From an uncultured Gemmatimonadales bacterium (lineage in GTDB: Bacteria > Gemmatimonadota > Gemmatimonadetes > Gemmatimonadales > GWC2-71-9), in NCBI GenBank assembly GCA_963779755.1, contig CAVZZO010000003.1, positions 1,024,001-1,088,000 of the forward strand: a stretch of DNA of 64,000 nucleotides, given 5' to 3'. Below the pieces are notes generated by a model. That model worked only from the letters and a program-made list of their open reading frames with translations, was not told where the DNA came from and ran no database searches. Position numbers and translations under genes: made by a program. Shown here piece after piece: positions 55,471 to 64,000 of this stretch (positions are counted from its first letter, which is position 1; each line of letters starts with the position of its first letter).

Positions 55471-57060
55471 CTACGTGTGCTCCACCTCCTCACCGGCGGC
55501 AAGAATGGTACCAGATCCCGCCATCCGGGCCGGGCCCGCCGGCGCATCGAACCCGGCCCGCCAGGGGCGATCGATGGTCCAGATGAGCGCGATGACCGCT
55601 CCCATTAGTACCAGGGTGGGCAGCGCGGAGACCGACCCGGTGAGCCAGGGGGCATACTGGGTGGCGGTCTTCCTCAGGACCGTCAGGGCGGGAAGCTGGA
55701 AGCCCTGGAGAAAGACGCGCTCGATGTTGTCGAACACCGTTCCCTGGTTCCGCACCATTGCCAGCGACCAGTTGACGACTACGGACAGCACCATGATCCC
55801 CGCGGCCAGGACGCGGGGCAGCCGCAGCAGCACCGCGGCCCCGGCCAGGAAGACGAAGGGGAAGATCGCCGCCAGGTAGCGGATGCCGGTCACGTACTGC
55901 AGGCGGGTGTACTGTACCACGCTGAAGAACAGCACCATGACCAGGGTGGTCGCGAGGCAGAACCAGGCCTCGCGGCGCGGCAGAAAGCTGCGGCCCCGGC
56001 GGACCGCCCAGGGTGTCGCCAGGGCGAGCAGCGCGACCGGCATCGTGATGAACAGCCCGAAGCGCGGATCGAGCAGCAGCATCCGGAACAACTCCGGCGA
56101 AAACCCGCCCACCCCCTGATAGCCGATATTGCTCCACTGCACCGGCGGCATCCAGTTCTGGGGCGGGAGAAAAGGGTTGCCGAACGAGGCCCATTGATAC
56201 CACCAGAGCAGCAGCACCCCGGGCACGGTGCCCAGGCCGTACCAGAGCAGGGCATCCCGCAGCCCCTTCCTCCAGGGGACGGTATCGGCGCGCCGCCACC
56301 AGGCGTACAGGCCGAGCATCCCGGCGATCAGCGCCCCGCTGTAGTCGCACAGCACCGCCAGTCCGCCCAGGAGTCCGGCCAGCATCAGACGGCTGCGCGG
56401 GGAGAGCCGGCTCCGGCCGCCCGGATCCCAGAGCAGCACGAAGGCAAGGAACCCGAAGAGACCGAGGGTCAGGTTCTGGTTGAGATATCCCGTTCGCAGG
56501 AAGACGGGAGTGCCGAACGCATAGACCAGGGCCAGCAGCAGCGAGCCGCCCTGACGCACGCCGAGCTGGAGCAGCAGCCAGAAGAGGACCACCACGCTCG
56601 CCGCGGAGATCGGCGCCTGGCAGAAGGCCTGGGTAATGAGCCCCACCAGCCCGAAGCGCACGTCGAGCCCGCGCTTGCGGATCCGCTGGTAGAACTGCAC
56701 CCGCCGCCAGCGGGGATCGTTATACACGATGGCGGTATCGCCGCGGCCGGCCCGGGCCGCCAGGTCGCGGTTGACGATCACGTCCACCGCCGGCTTCAGC
56801 AGAAAGTAGGGAACCGCGGCGATCATCGAGATGCCCGGATTGGCCCCGTGATGCGCCCCGCCGTGCGGCGCGTTGGGCGGGTTCTGGAAGATGTCCACGT
56901 GCAGGCCGTAGTACTTGTCCAGCCGGAAGGAGTGGTCCTCCACGATGCTCACCACCAGATAGTGCTCGCGCACGAAGTCGGTGGCGAAGTGGACCACATA
57001 CACCAGCCAGCAGGTGAGGAACAGCCTCCAGCCGATCCCCCGCATAGCCCGGCCTCCCAT
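55471..57060 (-). CDS. Polytopic membrane protein, probable GT-C fold glycosyltransferase
   Basis: About 12 hydrophobic helices; YAFGTP, FGNPF, P.FGLFITMP, GIRYL patterns. Confidence 0.6.
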   Translation of the reverse strand: MGGRAMRGIGWRLFLTCWLVYVVHFATDFVREHYLVVSIVEDHSFRLDKYYGLHVDIFQNPPNAPHGGAHHGANPGISMIAAVPYFLLKPAVDVIVNRDLAARAGRGDTAIVYNDPRWRRVQFYQRIRKRGLDVRFGLVGLITQAFCQAPISAASVVVLFWLLLQLGVRQGGSLLLALVYAFGTPVFLRTGYLNQNLTLGLFGFLAFVLLWDPGGRSRLSPRSRLMLAGLLGGLAVLCDYSGALIAGMLGLYAWWRRADTVPWRKGLRDALLWYGLGTVPGVLLLWWYQWASFGNPFLPPQNWMPPVQWSNIGYQGVGGFSPELFRMLLLDPRFGLFITMPVALLALATPWAVRRGRSFLPRREAWFCLATTLVMVLFFSVVQYTRLQYVTGIRYLAAIFPFVFLAGAAVLLRLPRVLAAGIMVLSVVVNWSLAMVRNQGTVFDNIERVFLQGFQLPALTVLRKTATQYAPWLTGSVSALPTLVLMGAVIALIWTIDRPWRAGFDAPAGPARMAGSGTILAAGEEVEHT

Positions 57061-58136
57061 CAGGAGGCCGCCTGGCGGCGGGCGGCGGTCAGTTCGTCGC
57101 GGCTGGTGAGCCGGACGGGAATGCCCTCGGCGCTGCTGCGATAGACCGCGTGGGCCGCTTCGACGGCGCGGAAGCCGGCGAAGCCGTCGGCCAGGGCGGT
57201 GGGGCCGCCGTCGATCGTCCGGAGAAAGTCGTTCAGCTCATCGGCAAAGGACAGGAGCGCCGTGGAGGTCCAGCTCCTGAGCTTTTCCCGGACGATGATC
57301 TCGGGGTAGAAGCGCCGGGTGCGCCGGCGCGCGCCGCCGGGCTGGTCCTGGGTAATGAGCAGGTTGAACATGGGCGCGTAGTAGCCCCGGACCATGCCCC
57401 GGTCGCCGTAGACCTCGACGAAGAACCGGTAGCCTTTCCATTCCGTCCAGGTGGCCTGGTAGATCGCGGGAATGCCGCCGGGCCCGCGGAAGACGGCGAC
57501 GGCATTGTCTTCCGAGCCGGGCACCTGCCAGATGCGGTTGCTGGAGACCCCGTACACCTCGTCGATGCCGCCGAGGAAATGGGCCGCCAGGTCGGTCATG
57601 TGGATGCCGACGTCCATCATGGCCCCGCCGCCCGACTGGGGCGCCCGGTACTGCCAGTCGGCCCGGAAGTTGTGCAGTCCGTCGTGCCCGCCGAACACCC
57701 GCAGATGATCCACCGTGCCGATGCGGCCGTCGCGGATGACCTCACGCATGAACTTGATGGAGGGATAGTACCGGTGGTTGAACCCGGTGGCGAGCACCCG
57801 CCCGGAGGCCTCCGCCGCCTGCACCATCCGCCGGCAGGCTTCGACGGTGTTGGACAACGGCTTTTCGCACAGCACGTGCAGCCCCGCCTCCAGGGCGGCA
57901 ACCACCGCCTCTTCATGGTACTGCACCGGCGACGAGACCATCACCGCTTCCAGGCCCGGCAGCTCCAGCAGCGGCCGCCAGTCGGTGAAAGTCTTCGCGT
58001 CCGTGCCCTGCACGGCGCGGGCGGCCAGCTCCGCCACCGGGTCCATCACCCCCAGCAGCCGCGCCTGCGGGTGCTGCTTGACGGTGTCGGCCCGCAACCG
58101 GCCGATGGTTCCCGCGCCAATGATGGCGAATTTCAA
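57060..58136 (-). CDS. Gfo/Idh/MocA oxidoreductase
   Basis: IIGAGTIG, HVLCEKPL, GFNHRY, GGGAMMDVGIH; TTG start after GAGGAG. Confidence 0.9.
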   Translation of the reverse strand: MKFAIIGAGTIGRLRADTVKQHPQARLLGVMDPVAELAARAVQGTDAKTFTDWRPLLELPGLEAVMVSSPVQYHEEAVVAALEAGLHVLCEKPLSNTVEACRRMVQAAEASGRVLATGFNHRYYPSIKFMREVIRDGRIGTVDHLRVFGGHDGLHNFRADWQYRAPQSGGGAMMDVGIHMTDLAAHFLGGIDEVYGVSSNRIWQVPGSEDNAVAVFRGPGGIPAIYQATWTEWKGYRFFVEVYGDRGMVRGYYAPMFNLLITQDQPGGARRRTRRFYPEIIVREKLRSWTSTALLSFADELNDFLRTIDGGPTALADGFAGFRAVEAAHAVYRSSAEGIPVRLTSRDELTAARRQAAS

Positions 58137-58163
58137 GGTGCTCTCCTCAGGTTATGAACCGTG

Positions 58164-58234
58164 CCTCGACCCCCTCGACCCCCTCGACCATCTCGACCAC
58201 TCAAAGAGGTCGAGGGGGTCGAGAGGGTCGAGGG
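58164..58234. repeat. Head-to-head nonamer repeats (CCTCGACCC / GGGTCGAGG)
   Basis: Four CTCGACC units followed by three GGTCGAG units. Confidence 0.85.
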
Positions 58235-58253
58235 CTCCATGTATTCTTCGAGG

Positions 58254-59675
58254 TCAGTCCTCCACCACGTGCTTCTCGAACTCCCTGCGGTACCCTTCCC
58301 ACTTCACCTCATCGAACACGCCGTTCTCCAGGCAGTTCACCGCGCAGTACGCCATGTAGAGGGCGTGATGGGTATTGTCGTGCGCGAACAGGCCCTGGCG
58401 GCCGTAGCTCAGCAGCCGGGGCAGCGTGGCCACCCAGCGGTCCAGCGCGCCGAAGGGAACCTCGTAGCCGTTGAGGTAGATGGGATAGGCCTGCCGCAGG
58501 CGCCGGGTGTGCACGGCGGCCGGGGGAGCGGCCAGCGGCAGCCCCGCCCGGCGCAGGTCGTCCGCCACCAGCCGGCCCAGCGCCGCGTCATCCAGGGCCC
58601 AGGCGTCATCATCCACCGAGCAGGGCAGCTCGGCGCAGATCGTGGTGCGCCCGCGCGGCTCCGTCAGCGCGGCGTAGTTCTTCGGTTCCGACAGCCGGGT
58701 GATCCGGATATCGGCGCCGGGGAAGTAGTGCGCATCGAACTCGGTGAACCGGTCCTGCGGCAGCTCCAGATAAATCAGGAGCATGGAGCGGTAGGAAATC
58801 GCCCCCGCCGCCTGCCGGACCTGGTCCGGCACGCCGCCGGTCATGGCCCGGGCCAGGATGGAAATGGGAATGGTGCTCCAGACGTAGTCGGCGTCGAAGG
58901 TCCGCCGCTCCTCTCCCGACTCCGCCTCCACCCGCCAGCAGCCGTCATCGCCGGCGGGCGGGGTCAGGCCGGTCACGCGCCAGCCCAGCTTGAGGTCGGC
59001 GCCGCCGCGCCGCGCTGCCTCGGCATACGCCTCGGTGATCTGCCCGAACCCGCGGCGCGGATAGAAGAACCGCCCCGCTCCGGCCGGCTTGAAGCCGGGC
59101 ACGGCGGAGAGCACCTTCTTCACCAGCTTGCCGAAGGAACCGGCCGAGACCCGGCGCCGGGCCTGAATGCCCGACAGCTCCTCCGGATCGCGTCCCCAGA
59201 TCTTGCGCGCGTAGGGATAGTAGAAATTATCACAGATGGTCGGGCCCAGGTTGGCACGCAGCACCGAGCCGAACGTCTCGCCTTCGGGCCGGCCGCGGAA
59301 CCGCTTCAGCGCCATATCACGCAGCACGCCGGCGGCGAACCCGGGATCCAGTCGCAGCAGCAGGTCGGCCGGTTTCAGGGGGAAGTGGATCCAGCGGCCC
59401 CGCAGCCGGATGCGTCCGTGCCGCGGCCGGTCCAGGAGGTCGCCGTCGAGCAGCGTGCGGATGTCGGCCAGGATCGCCGGATCGCAGGCCGGATGCAGGC
59501 GGTGGCTGCCGTAGTCCAGGCGCTGGCCCCCGGCCTCGAAGCTTCCCGAGTTGCCCCCGACCACCGGCTGCTGTTCCAGTACGGTGACCCGCGCGCGGCC
59601 CTGCCGCCGAAGCTGGCAGGCGGCGCCGGCGCCGGCCGGCCCCGCGCCCAGGATCAGCACGTGCGGCTCAGGCAT
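58254..59675 (-). CDS. FAD-dependent oxidoreductase (UDP-galactopyranose mutase/amine oxidase-like)
   Basis: ILGAGPAG, DYGSHR, YARKIWG, FFYPRRGFGQI, AYPIY, GRQGLF...NTHHAL. Confidence 0.8.
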   Translation of the reverse strand: MPEPHVLILGAGPAGAGAACQLRRQGRARVTVLEQQPVVGGNSGSFEAGGQRLDYGSHRLHPACDPAILADIRTLLDGDLLDRPRHGRIRLRGRWIHFPLKPADLLLRLDPGFAAGVLRDMALKRFRGRPEGETFGSVLRANLGPTICDNFYYPYARKIWGRDPEELSGIQARRRVSAGSFGKLVKKVLSAVPGFKPAGAGRFFYPRRGFGQITEAYAEAARRGGADLKLGWRVTGLTPPAGDDGCWRVEAESGEERRTFDADYVWSTIPISILARAMTGGVPDQVRQAAGAISYRSMLLIYLELPQDRFTEFDAHYFPGADIRITRLSEPKNYAALTEPRGRTTICAELPCSVDDDAWALDDAALGRLVADDLRRAGLPLAAPPAAVHTRRLRQAYPIYLNGYEVPFGALDRWVATLPRLLSYGRQGLFAHDNTHHALYMAYCAVNCLENGVFDEVKWEGYRREFEKHVVED

Positions 59676-60645
59676 AGTTGGGACCCCGCGCGGCGGCCGA
59701 GCGCAACGAACCGCTCGCCTGGGCATCGCGGGCCCGCCGGCGGCGCCCCAGCAGGTACCAGATCGCGCCACCGACCAGCCCGCCGCTGATGAGCACCGTC
59801 TGCCACAGCAGGCTGGTGAGCACGCCCAGCTCCAGCGGCACGCCGAAGGGCGCCAGCAGCGCCGCCAGGCTCGCCTCGCGCACCGCCAGGCCGCCCAGGC
59901 TGATCGGCAGGAGACTCACCACCTTGGCCATGGGCCAGACGAAGAACCAGGCGGCGAGCGGCGGGTGTACCCCGATGCCGCTTCCCAGCCAGGCGTTGAG
60001 CAGCACGAACCCGCCCTGGATGGTGAGCGACAGCGCGAAGCCCGCCAGAGCCCGGCGGGGTTGCCGTCCCAGGCGGCGCAGTGCCACCAGGCTGCGCCCG
60101 ATGGGCCGGCGGAAGCGCCGGGGCCAGCGGTCGAGCGGACGGCGCAGCGCGAACGGCAGCGCCAGCGCCGCCAGTCCGAGGCCGATCAGCATCGCGATCC
60201 CCACGACCTGGCCACCCCAGCCCGGCAGCGCGTTGTGCGCCAGCAGGCCGCCGGCCGTCACCAGCACGGCCAGCGCGGTGACATCGGTAACCCGGTCCAT
60301 CACGCCGCCCCAGACGGCGGCCTCGGGCCGGCGGGTGAAGCGTCCCGCCATCGCCATGCGGAGCACGTCGCCGCCCACAATGCTGGGAAGGCAGAGGTTG
60401 GCAAACAGCCCGGCGGCGTAACAGTGGATGCCGTCCACCAGGCCGAGCCCGGCCCGGCCGGTGTTGACGAAGAGGCGCCACTTGAAGACGCCCAGGGTGT
60501 GCCCCAGCAGAAAGCCGGCCAGCACGCCGGCCCAGACCAGCGGCGGCAGCTCCTGGAGCGAATGCCAGACCTTGCCCCAGGGCAGGAGAATGGCGATGAC
60601 CGTCAGCAGCCCCAGGCTGACGGCAACCCGGATCCAGCGTTTCAT
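59668..60645 (-). CDS. Lysylphosphatidylglycerol-synthase TM / flippase-like protein
   Basis: GLFANLCLPSIVGGDVLR, DRVTD, LPISLGGLAVREA. Confidence 0.83.
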   Translation of the reverse strand: MKRWIRVAVSLGLLTVIAILLPWGKVWHSLQELPPLVWAGVLAGFLLGHTLGVFKWRLFVNTGRAGLGLVDGIHCYAAGLFANLCLPSIVGGDVLRMAMAGRFTRRPEAAVWGGVMDRVTDVTALAVLVTAGGLLAHNALPGWGGQVVGIAMLIGLGLAALALPFALRRPLDRWPRRFRRPIGRSLVALRRLGRQPRRALAGFALSLTIQGGFVLLNAWLGSGIGVHPPLAAWFFVWPMAKVVSLLPISLGGLAVREASLAALLAPFGVPLELGVLTSLLWQTVLISGGLVGGAIWYLLGRRRRARDAQASGSLRSAAARGPNYA

Positions 60646-61535
60646 CGGTTCATCGCCATGCGCGCGTTCTGATCGGCCAGCAGCCCCACCGCCCAGACGA
60701 TCAGGGCGCCGAGCAGCGCCAGCACCGCGCTCTCGGAGAGGTTGTCGAGCATCACGTCGTAGGCGAACTTCGCCAGCCCCGCCACCGCCAGCAGCGCCCC
60801 CACCGGGATGAAGACCTTGAGGGGATTGAAAAAGACGATGGTCCGCAGAATCAGCAGAGTGAAGTCGTAGGCATGCCGGGGCCGGATCTTCGACTGGCCC
60901 AGCCGGGCGTGGTAGTTGATGGGGAGATACTCCACCGGATAGCTGTTGCAGGCGCAGGCCAACGTGATGGTCGTGGTGAAGGAGAACCCGTCCGGCAGCA
61001 GATGGACGTAGCGCTCTACCAGGTCCTTGCGCATGAGCCGGAGGCCGGAGTTGATATCGGGCAGGTGCTGCCCCGCCAGATAGCTGGCCAGCTGGCGCAG
61101 AAACCACTTGGCCGGCCGCCGCACCAGCGGAATGCTCACCGTCTTGCCGGTGCGCGCCCCCACCACCATGGCATTGGCATCGGCCCGCTCCAGCAGCCCC
61201 GGAATGGCCTCCACCGGGTAGGTGCCGTCGGCGTCGGTGATCAGGATCCAGCCGTAGCGGGCGTTGCGGATGCCCAGCTTGAGCGCGGCGCCATAGCCCC
61301 GGTTGAGCCGGCGCCGCAGCACGCGCACGCCCGTGCTCTCGGCGGCGCGGGCGGTCTCGTCGGCGGAACCGTCGTCCACCACGATGATCTCGTAGACCCA
61401 GCCGGTCTCGCGCAGCACCCGTTCCACCTCCCGGACCTGCTCCGCGACGTGGTCGGCCTCGTTGTAGGCGGGGATCACGACCGAGACGGCGCGCTCCAGC
61501 GGCCCGTGGTGGTCTTCGACGATCTCTTCGATCAC
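60642..61535 (-). CDS. DPM-synthase-like GT2 with two C-terminal TM helices
   Basis: VIPAYNE, VDDGSAD, NRGYGAALK, TDADGTY, DINSGLR, YHARLGQSKI. Confidence 0.88.
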   Translation of the reverse strand: MIEEIVEDHHGPLERAVSVVIPAYNEADHVAEQVREVERVLRETGWVYEIIVVDDGSADETARAAESTGVRVLRRRLNRGYGAALKLGIRNARYGWILITDADGTYPVEAIPGLLERADANAMVVGARTGKTVSIPLVRRPAKWFLRQLASYLAGQHLPDINSGLRLMRKDLVERYVHLLPDGFSFTTTITLACACNSYPVEYLPINYHARLGQSKIRPRHAYDFTLLILRTIVFFNPLKVFIPVGALLAVAGLAKFAYDVMLDNLSESAVLALLGALIVWAVGLLADQNARMAMNR

Positions 61536-63220
61536 TCGGGTGCCCTCGCCTGTTGCAGAGTCGGGGTGGATACCATCACGACGACCGCGCCGCCGCCCAC
61601 CGTGCCGGGAAACACGGCCGCCTTCCGGTAATGGGTCTGCAGGCGCTGCCACAGCTCCGGCGCCACCGCCTGCAGCCGGATGGGGAAAGTGTAAAGCACC
61701 CAGGTGCGGCGGTGCCCCGCTTCGACCGCCAGCAGGCCCGCGATGCTGTCCACCTCGGTCCAGGGCCGGCGGTCGTATTCCCGGTAGGGATACCGGGTGA
61801 GATCGACCGTCACCACGGCATCGTCCGGCCCGGCGGCGCGGTCGATGTACCGTCCGGCTCCCGCGAAATCCTGCTTGGGGTGCCAGGCCCGGGGCACCGT
61901 GGCGGCGCTGGCCGCGATCACCAGGACCGCCGCCGCCGGGATCAGGCGCCGGGCCGGCACCGGCAGCAGCAACTCCCCCAGCCGGAATCCGCCGCGCATC
62001 GCGATCAGCACCGCAAAGCCGGCGCTGAAAAAGAAGAACCTGGGCCACAGGTTGTGGTGCAGGGCGACGATCGCGGCTGCGCTCAGGAACCCGGGCACCA
62101 GCATCACACCGGTCACCGCCCGGCTCTGCCGCCAGTAGCTCAGCAGACCGGCGCCCGTGACCAGCCCCGCGACCACCAGCGTGAGCCAGCCCCCCGGCAC
62201 ACCGCGCGCCAGGCCGCGCAGGGCTTCCGCGGCAAACCAGGAGGCGCTCTGCCACTCCGTGCCGGCGGCCGCCCTCGGAGGATGGACCACCGTCCCGAAG
62301 ACCTGGGGCAGCACCAGGGCATACAGCAGCAGCGAGAACGATGCCGACAGAAGAATGCCGGCCAGGGGCGCCCACGCCCGGCGGGGCGCCACACGGCGCG
62401 CGGGCAGCAGCACCGCCAGGACCAGCAGATGCGCGACCACCACCAGAACGGCGGTAATATGAGTGTACGCGGCCAGCGCCATGCAGGCGCCGTACAGGGC
62501 CGCGAGACGCCCCATGCCCCGCTCGCCGCCGCGCAGCAACCGCAGGAAGACGGCACTGCCCAGCAGCGTCCACAACAGCAGGCCGGTGTAGCCCCGGGCA
62601 TTCTGGCTGAACCAGACGTGATGATACGAGAAGGTCAGCAACCCGACCGCCAGCAGGGTTTCGACACCGCCCGTGACCAGGCGACCGAACCGGTACAGCG
62701 CCCAGAGGCTCGCTACTCCAAAGAGCGCGGCGGGCAGCCGGAGTGCCCAGGCGCTCTCGCCGAAAGCCCGGACCGCGCCCGCGGCAAAGAGCGAGTAGAG
62801 CAGATGCTGGTTCTGGCTGTCGTAGGTCGTGAGGACCCGGCCGAAAGGCAGGCGGACATAGTCCACCAGCGTCTGGATCTCGTCGAACCAGAGCCCCGCC
62901 CCGAGGTGGTTGAGGCGGATCGCAAGCCCGGCCGCCAGGAGCGCGCCCAGCACCGCCGTTTCCCATCGGGTGGAGCCACGCGCCGGCCGCAGCTCGTGGT
63001 CCTCCAGCAGGGGAGCGGATGGGTGCTGGCCCCAGCGCCGGCTCCAGGCCAGGAGGCCCGCGTGCAGCAGCAGCATGGCCTTGAGACACCAGACGCCCGC
63101 GACTACCTGACCCAGCAGAGGGGACCCCGCACCGGCCAGCCCCGTCGCCAGGCTCCGGACCGGCAGCAGCACGGCCACGGCGGCGAGGAGCAGGGCCGTC
63201 AGATAGGGGGGTCGGCGCAT
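61532..63220 (-). CDS. GT-C glycosyltransferase (GT39/PMT-ArnT-like)
   Basis: GLWFDE, HLLY, SAWALRLPAALFG, WFSQNARGY, YTH; multi-TM. Confidence 0.85.
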   Translation of the reverse strand: MRRPPYLTALLLAAVAVLLPVRSLATGLAGAGSPLLGQVVAGVWCLKAMLLLHAGLLAWSRRWGQHPSAPLLEDHELRPARGSTRWETAVLGALLAAGLAIRLNHLGAGLWFDEIQTLVDYVRLPFGRVLTTYDSQNQHLLYSLFAAGAVRAFGESAWALRLPAALFGVASLWALYRFGRLVTGGVETLLAVGLLTFSYHHVWFSQNARGYTGLLLWTLLGSAVFLRLLRGGERGMGRLAALYGACMALAAYTHITAVLVVVAHLLVLAVLLPARRVAPRRAWAPLAGILLSASFSLLLYALVLPQVFGTVVHPPRAAAGTEWQSASWFAAEALRGLARGVPGGWLTLVVAGLVTGAGLLSYWRQSRAVTGVMLVPGFLSAAAIVALHHNLWPRFFFFSAGFAVLIAMRGGFRLGELLLPVPARRLIPAAAVLVIAASAATVPRAWHPKQDFAGAGRYIDRAAGPDDAVVTVDLTRYPYREYDRRPWTEVDSIAGLLAVEAGHRRTWVLYTFPIRLQAVAPELWQRLQTHYRKAAVFPGTVGGGAVVVMVSTPTLQQARAPE

Positions 63221-63315
63221 CCGGTAATCTTCATATCCGAAAAGGACATAGGTTGTCGAGCAATGTCCGTTCCATTGCCCGGGCCATGCAGAAACCGGGG
63301 GTAGCCTGCTTCAGG

Positions 63316-63333
63316 TGTTGACGGAATGCAACA
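63316..63333. promoter_or_regulatory. Palindromic enhancer-like site in a divergent intergenic region
   Basis: TGTTGACGGAATGCAACA. Confidence 0.6.
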
Positions 63334-63424
63334 TAGCGGGCAATCTCCCCCACGTCAGCAGCCGGGAAGGCATCTAGCACTCATCCTGCAGCCGGGCAGG
63401 CCAACCTCTTCGGGGATCCAGCTT

Positions 63425-64000
63425 GTGACCACCACCGCCACACCGCCGCAACCGGCTCCTGCCGGGCAACCCGGGACGACCCGGCCACGGGGAGCCTTCT
63501 GGGCCCCGGTCCTGCTGGCGGGGGCCGGATGGCTCGCGCTGGTGATGGTTCTGCAGGCGCGGAACCCCCGCCTGGTTCCCTCCTGGCACGGCTTCCTGCA
63601 CTCGGCCATCGTGGAGCGTTTCCCGGCTTCCGGCCTGGTTCCGGAGAATCCGTTCTACGCCGGCGAGGGGCTTCACTACTACTGGTTCTATCACTGGATC
63701 GGGGCCGGGCTGGCCCGCGCCCTGAACCTGGACCCTCTGACGGCGCTCCGTTGGCTCAGCCTGGGAGCGCTGGTGCTGCTGGTCCTCGGAGCGGCGCTGA
63801 TCGGGCGCCGGATCTACCGGTCCACCTGGGCGGGTCTGGCGATCGGGCTGTTCGCGATCGCCGGAATGAACCCGCTGGGACCGGTAATCGCGGCCGGGCG
63901 GCATTTCATTCAGCACCGGCCCCTGGCGGAGTGGCACGGAGCCCGCGCCCCGGTGGAGACGGTCTTCGTCTCTGACGCGCTTGCCGACACGCTGATGAGC
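63425..64000 (+). CDS. Membrane protein, probable GT-C-like; runs off the window end (not in the ORF track)
   Basis: Open frame from GTG 63425: ...AFWAPVLLAGAGWLALVMVLQ...VPENPFYAGEGLHYYWFYHWIG... with TM segments. Confidence 0.65.
   Translation, partial: MTTTATPPQPAPAGQPGTTRPRGAFWAPVLLAGAGWLALVMVLQARNPRLVPSWHGFLHSAIVERFPASGLVPENPFYAGEGLHYYWFYHWIGAGLARALNLDPLTALRWLSLGALVLLVLGAALIGRRIYRSTWAGLAIGLFAIAGMNPLGPVIAAGRHFIQHRPLAEWHGARAPVETVFVSDALADTLMS

Noticed and set aside
58254..59675. Protoporphyrinogen oxidase (heme synthesis)
   Set aside because: The context is entirely glycosylation genes, so a sugar-modifying flavoenzyme is more plausible.

Overview
High-GC bacterial chromosomal window. The gene set and intergenic repeat style suggest Gemmatimonadota (inference only). 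1-17.5 kb holds housekeeping genes (mltG, thiE, RlmI-like methyltransferase, orphan formate dehydrogenase alpha subunit, tdh-kbl, MPG glycosylase, NYN/LOTUS protein, acyl-CoA ligase) and a 1.2-kb array of six 110-nt structured repeats. From 17.5 kb to the end lies one large cell-surface glycan island: wecB, a sigma54 two-component pair, wzc/wza-like genes, an initiating sugar transferase, exosortase/EpsI, many glycosyltransferases, a PAPS module (cysN, cysQ, cysC, cysD) interleaved with three Thr-type 'sulfatase-like' membrane enzymes, and a polyprenol-P-sugar/GT-C cassette. The most striking element is a complete pyoluteorin-type halopyrrole starter module (PltA/PltE/PltF/PltL-like). No PKS/NRPS is visible in the window; instead the module surrounds an MBOAT-SGNH acyltransferase fusion, suggesting a Dlt/AlgIJ-like pathway that esterifies (di)halopyrrole-2-carbonyl groups onto a surface glycan. 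A recurring 18-bp palindrome about 100 bp upstream of -24/-12 elements links this module to the polysaccharide genes. Three single-base frameshifts may be assembly errors. All family assignments are by motif recognition from memory; no searches were run.
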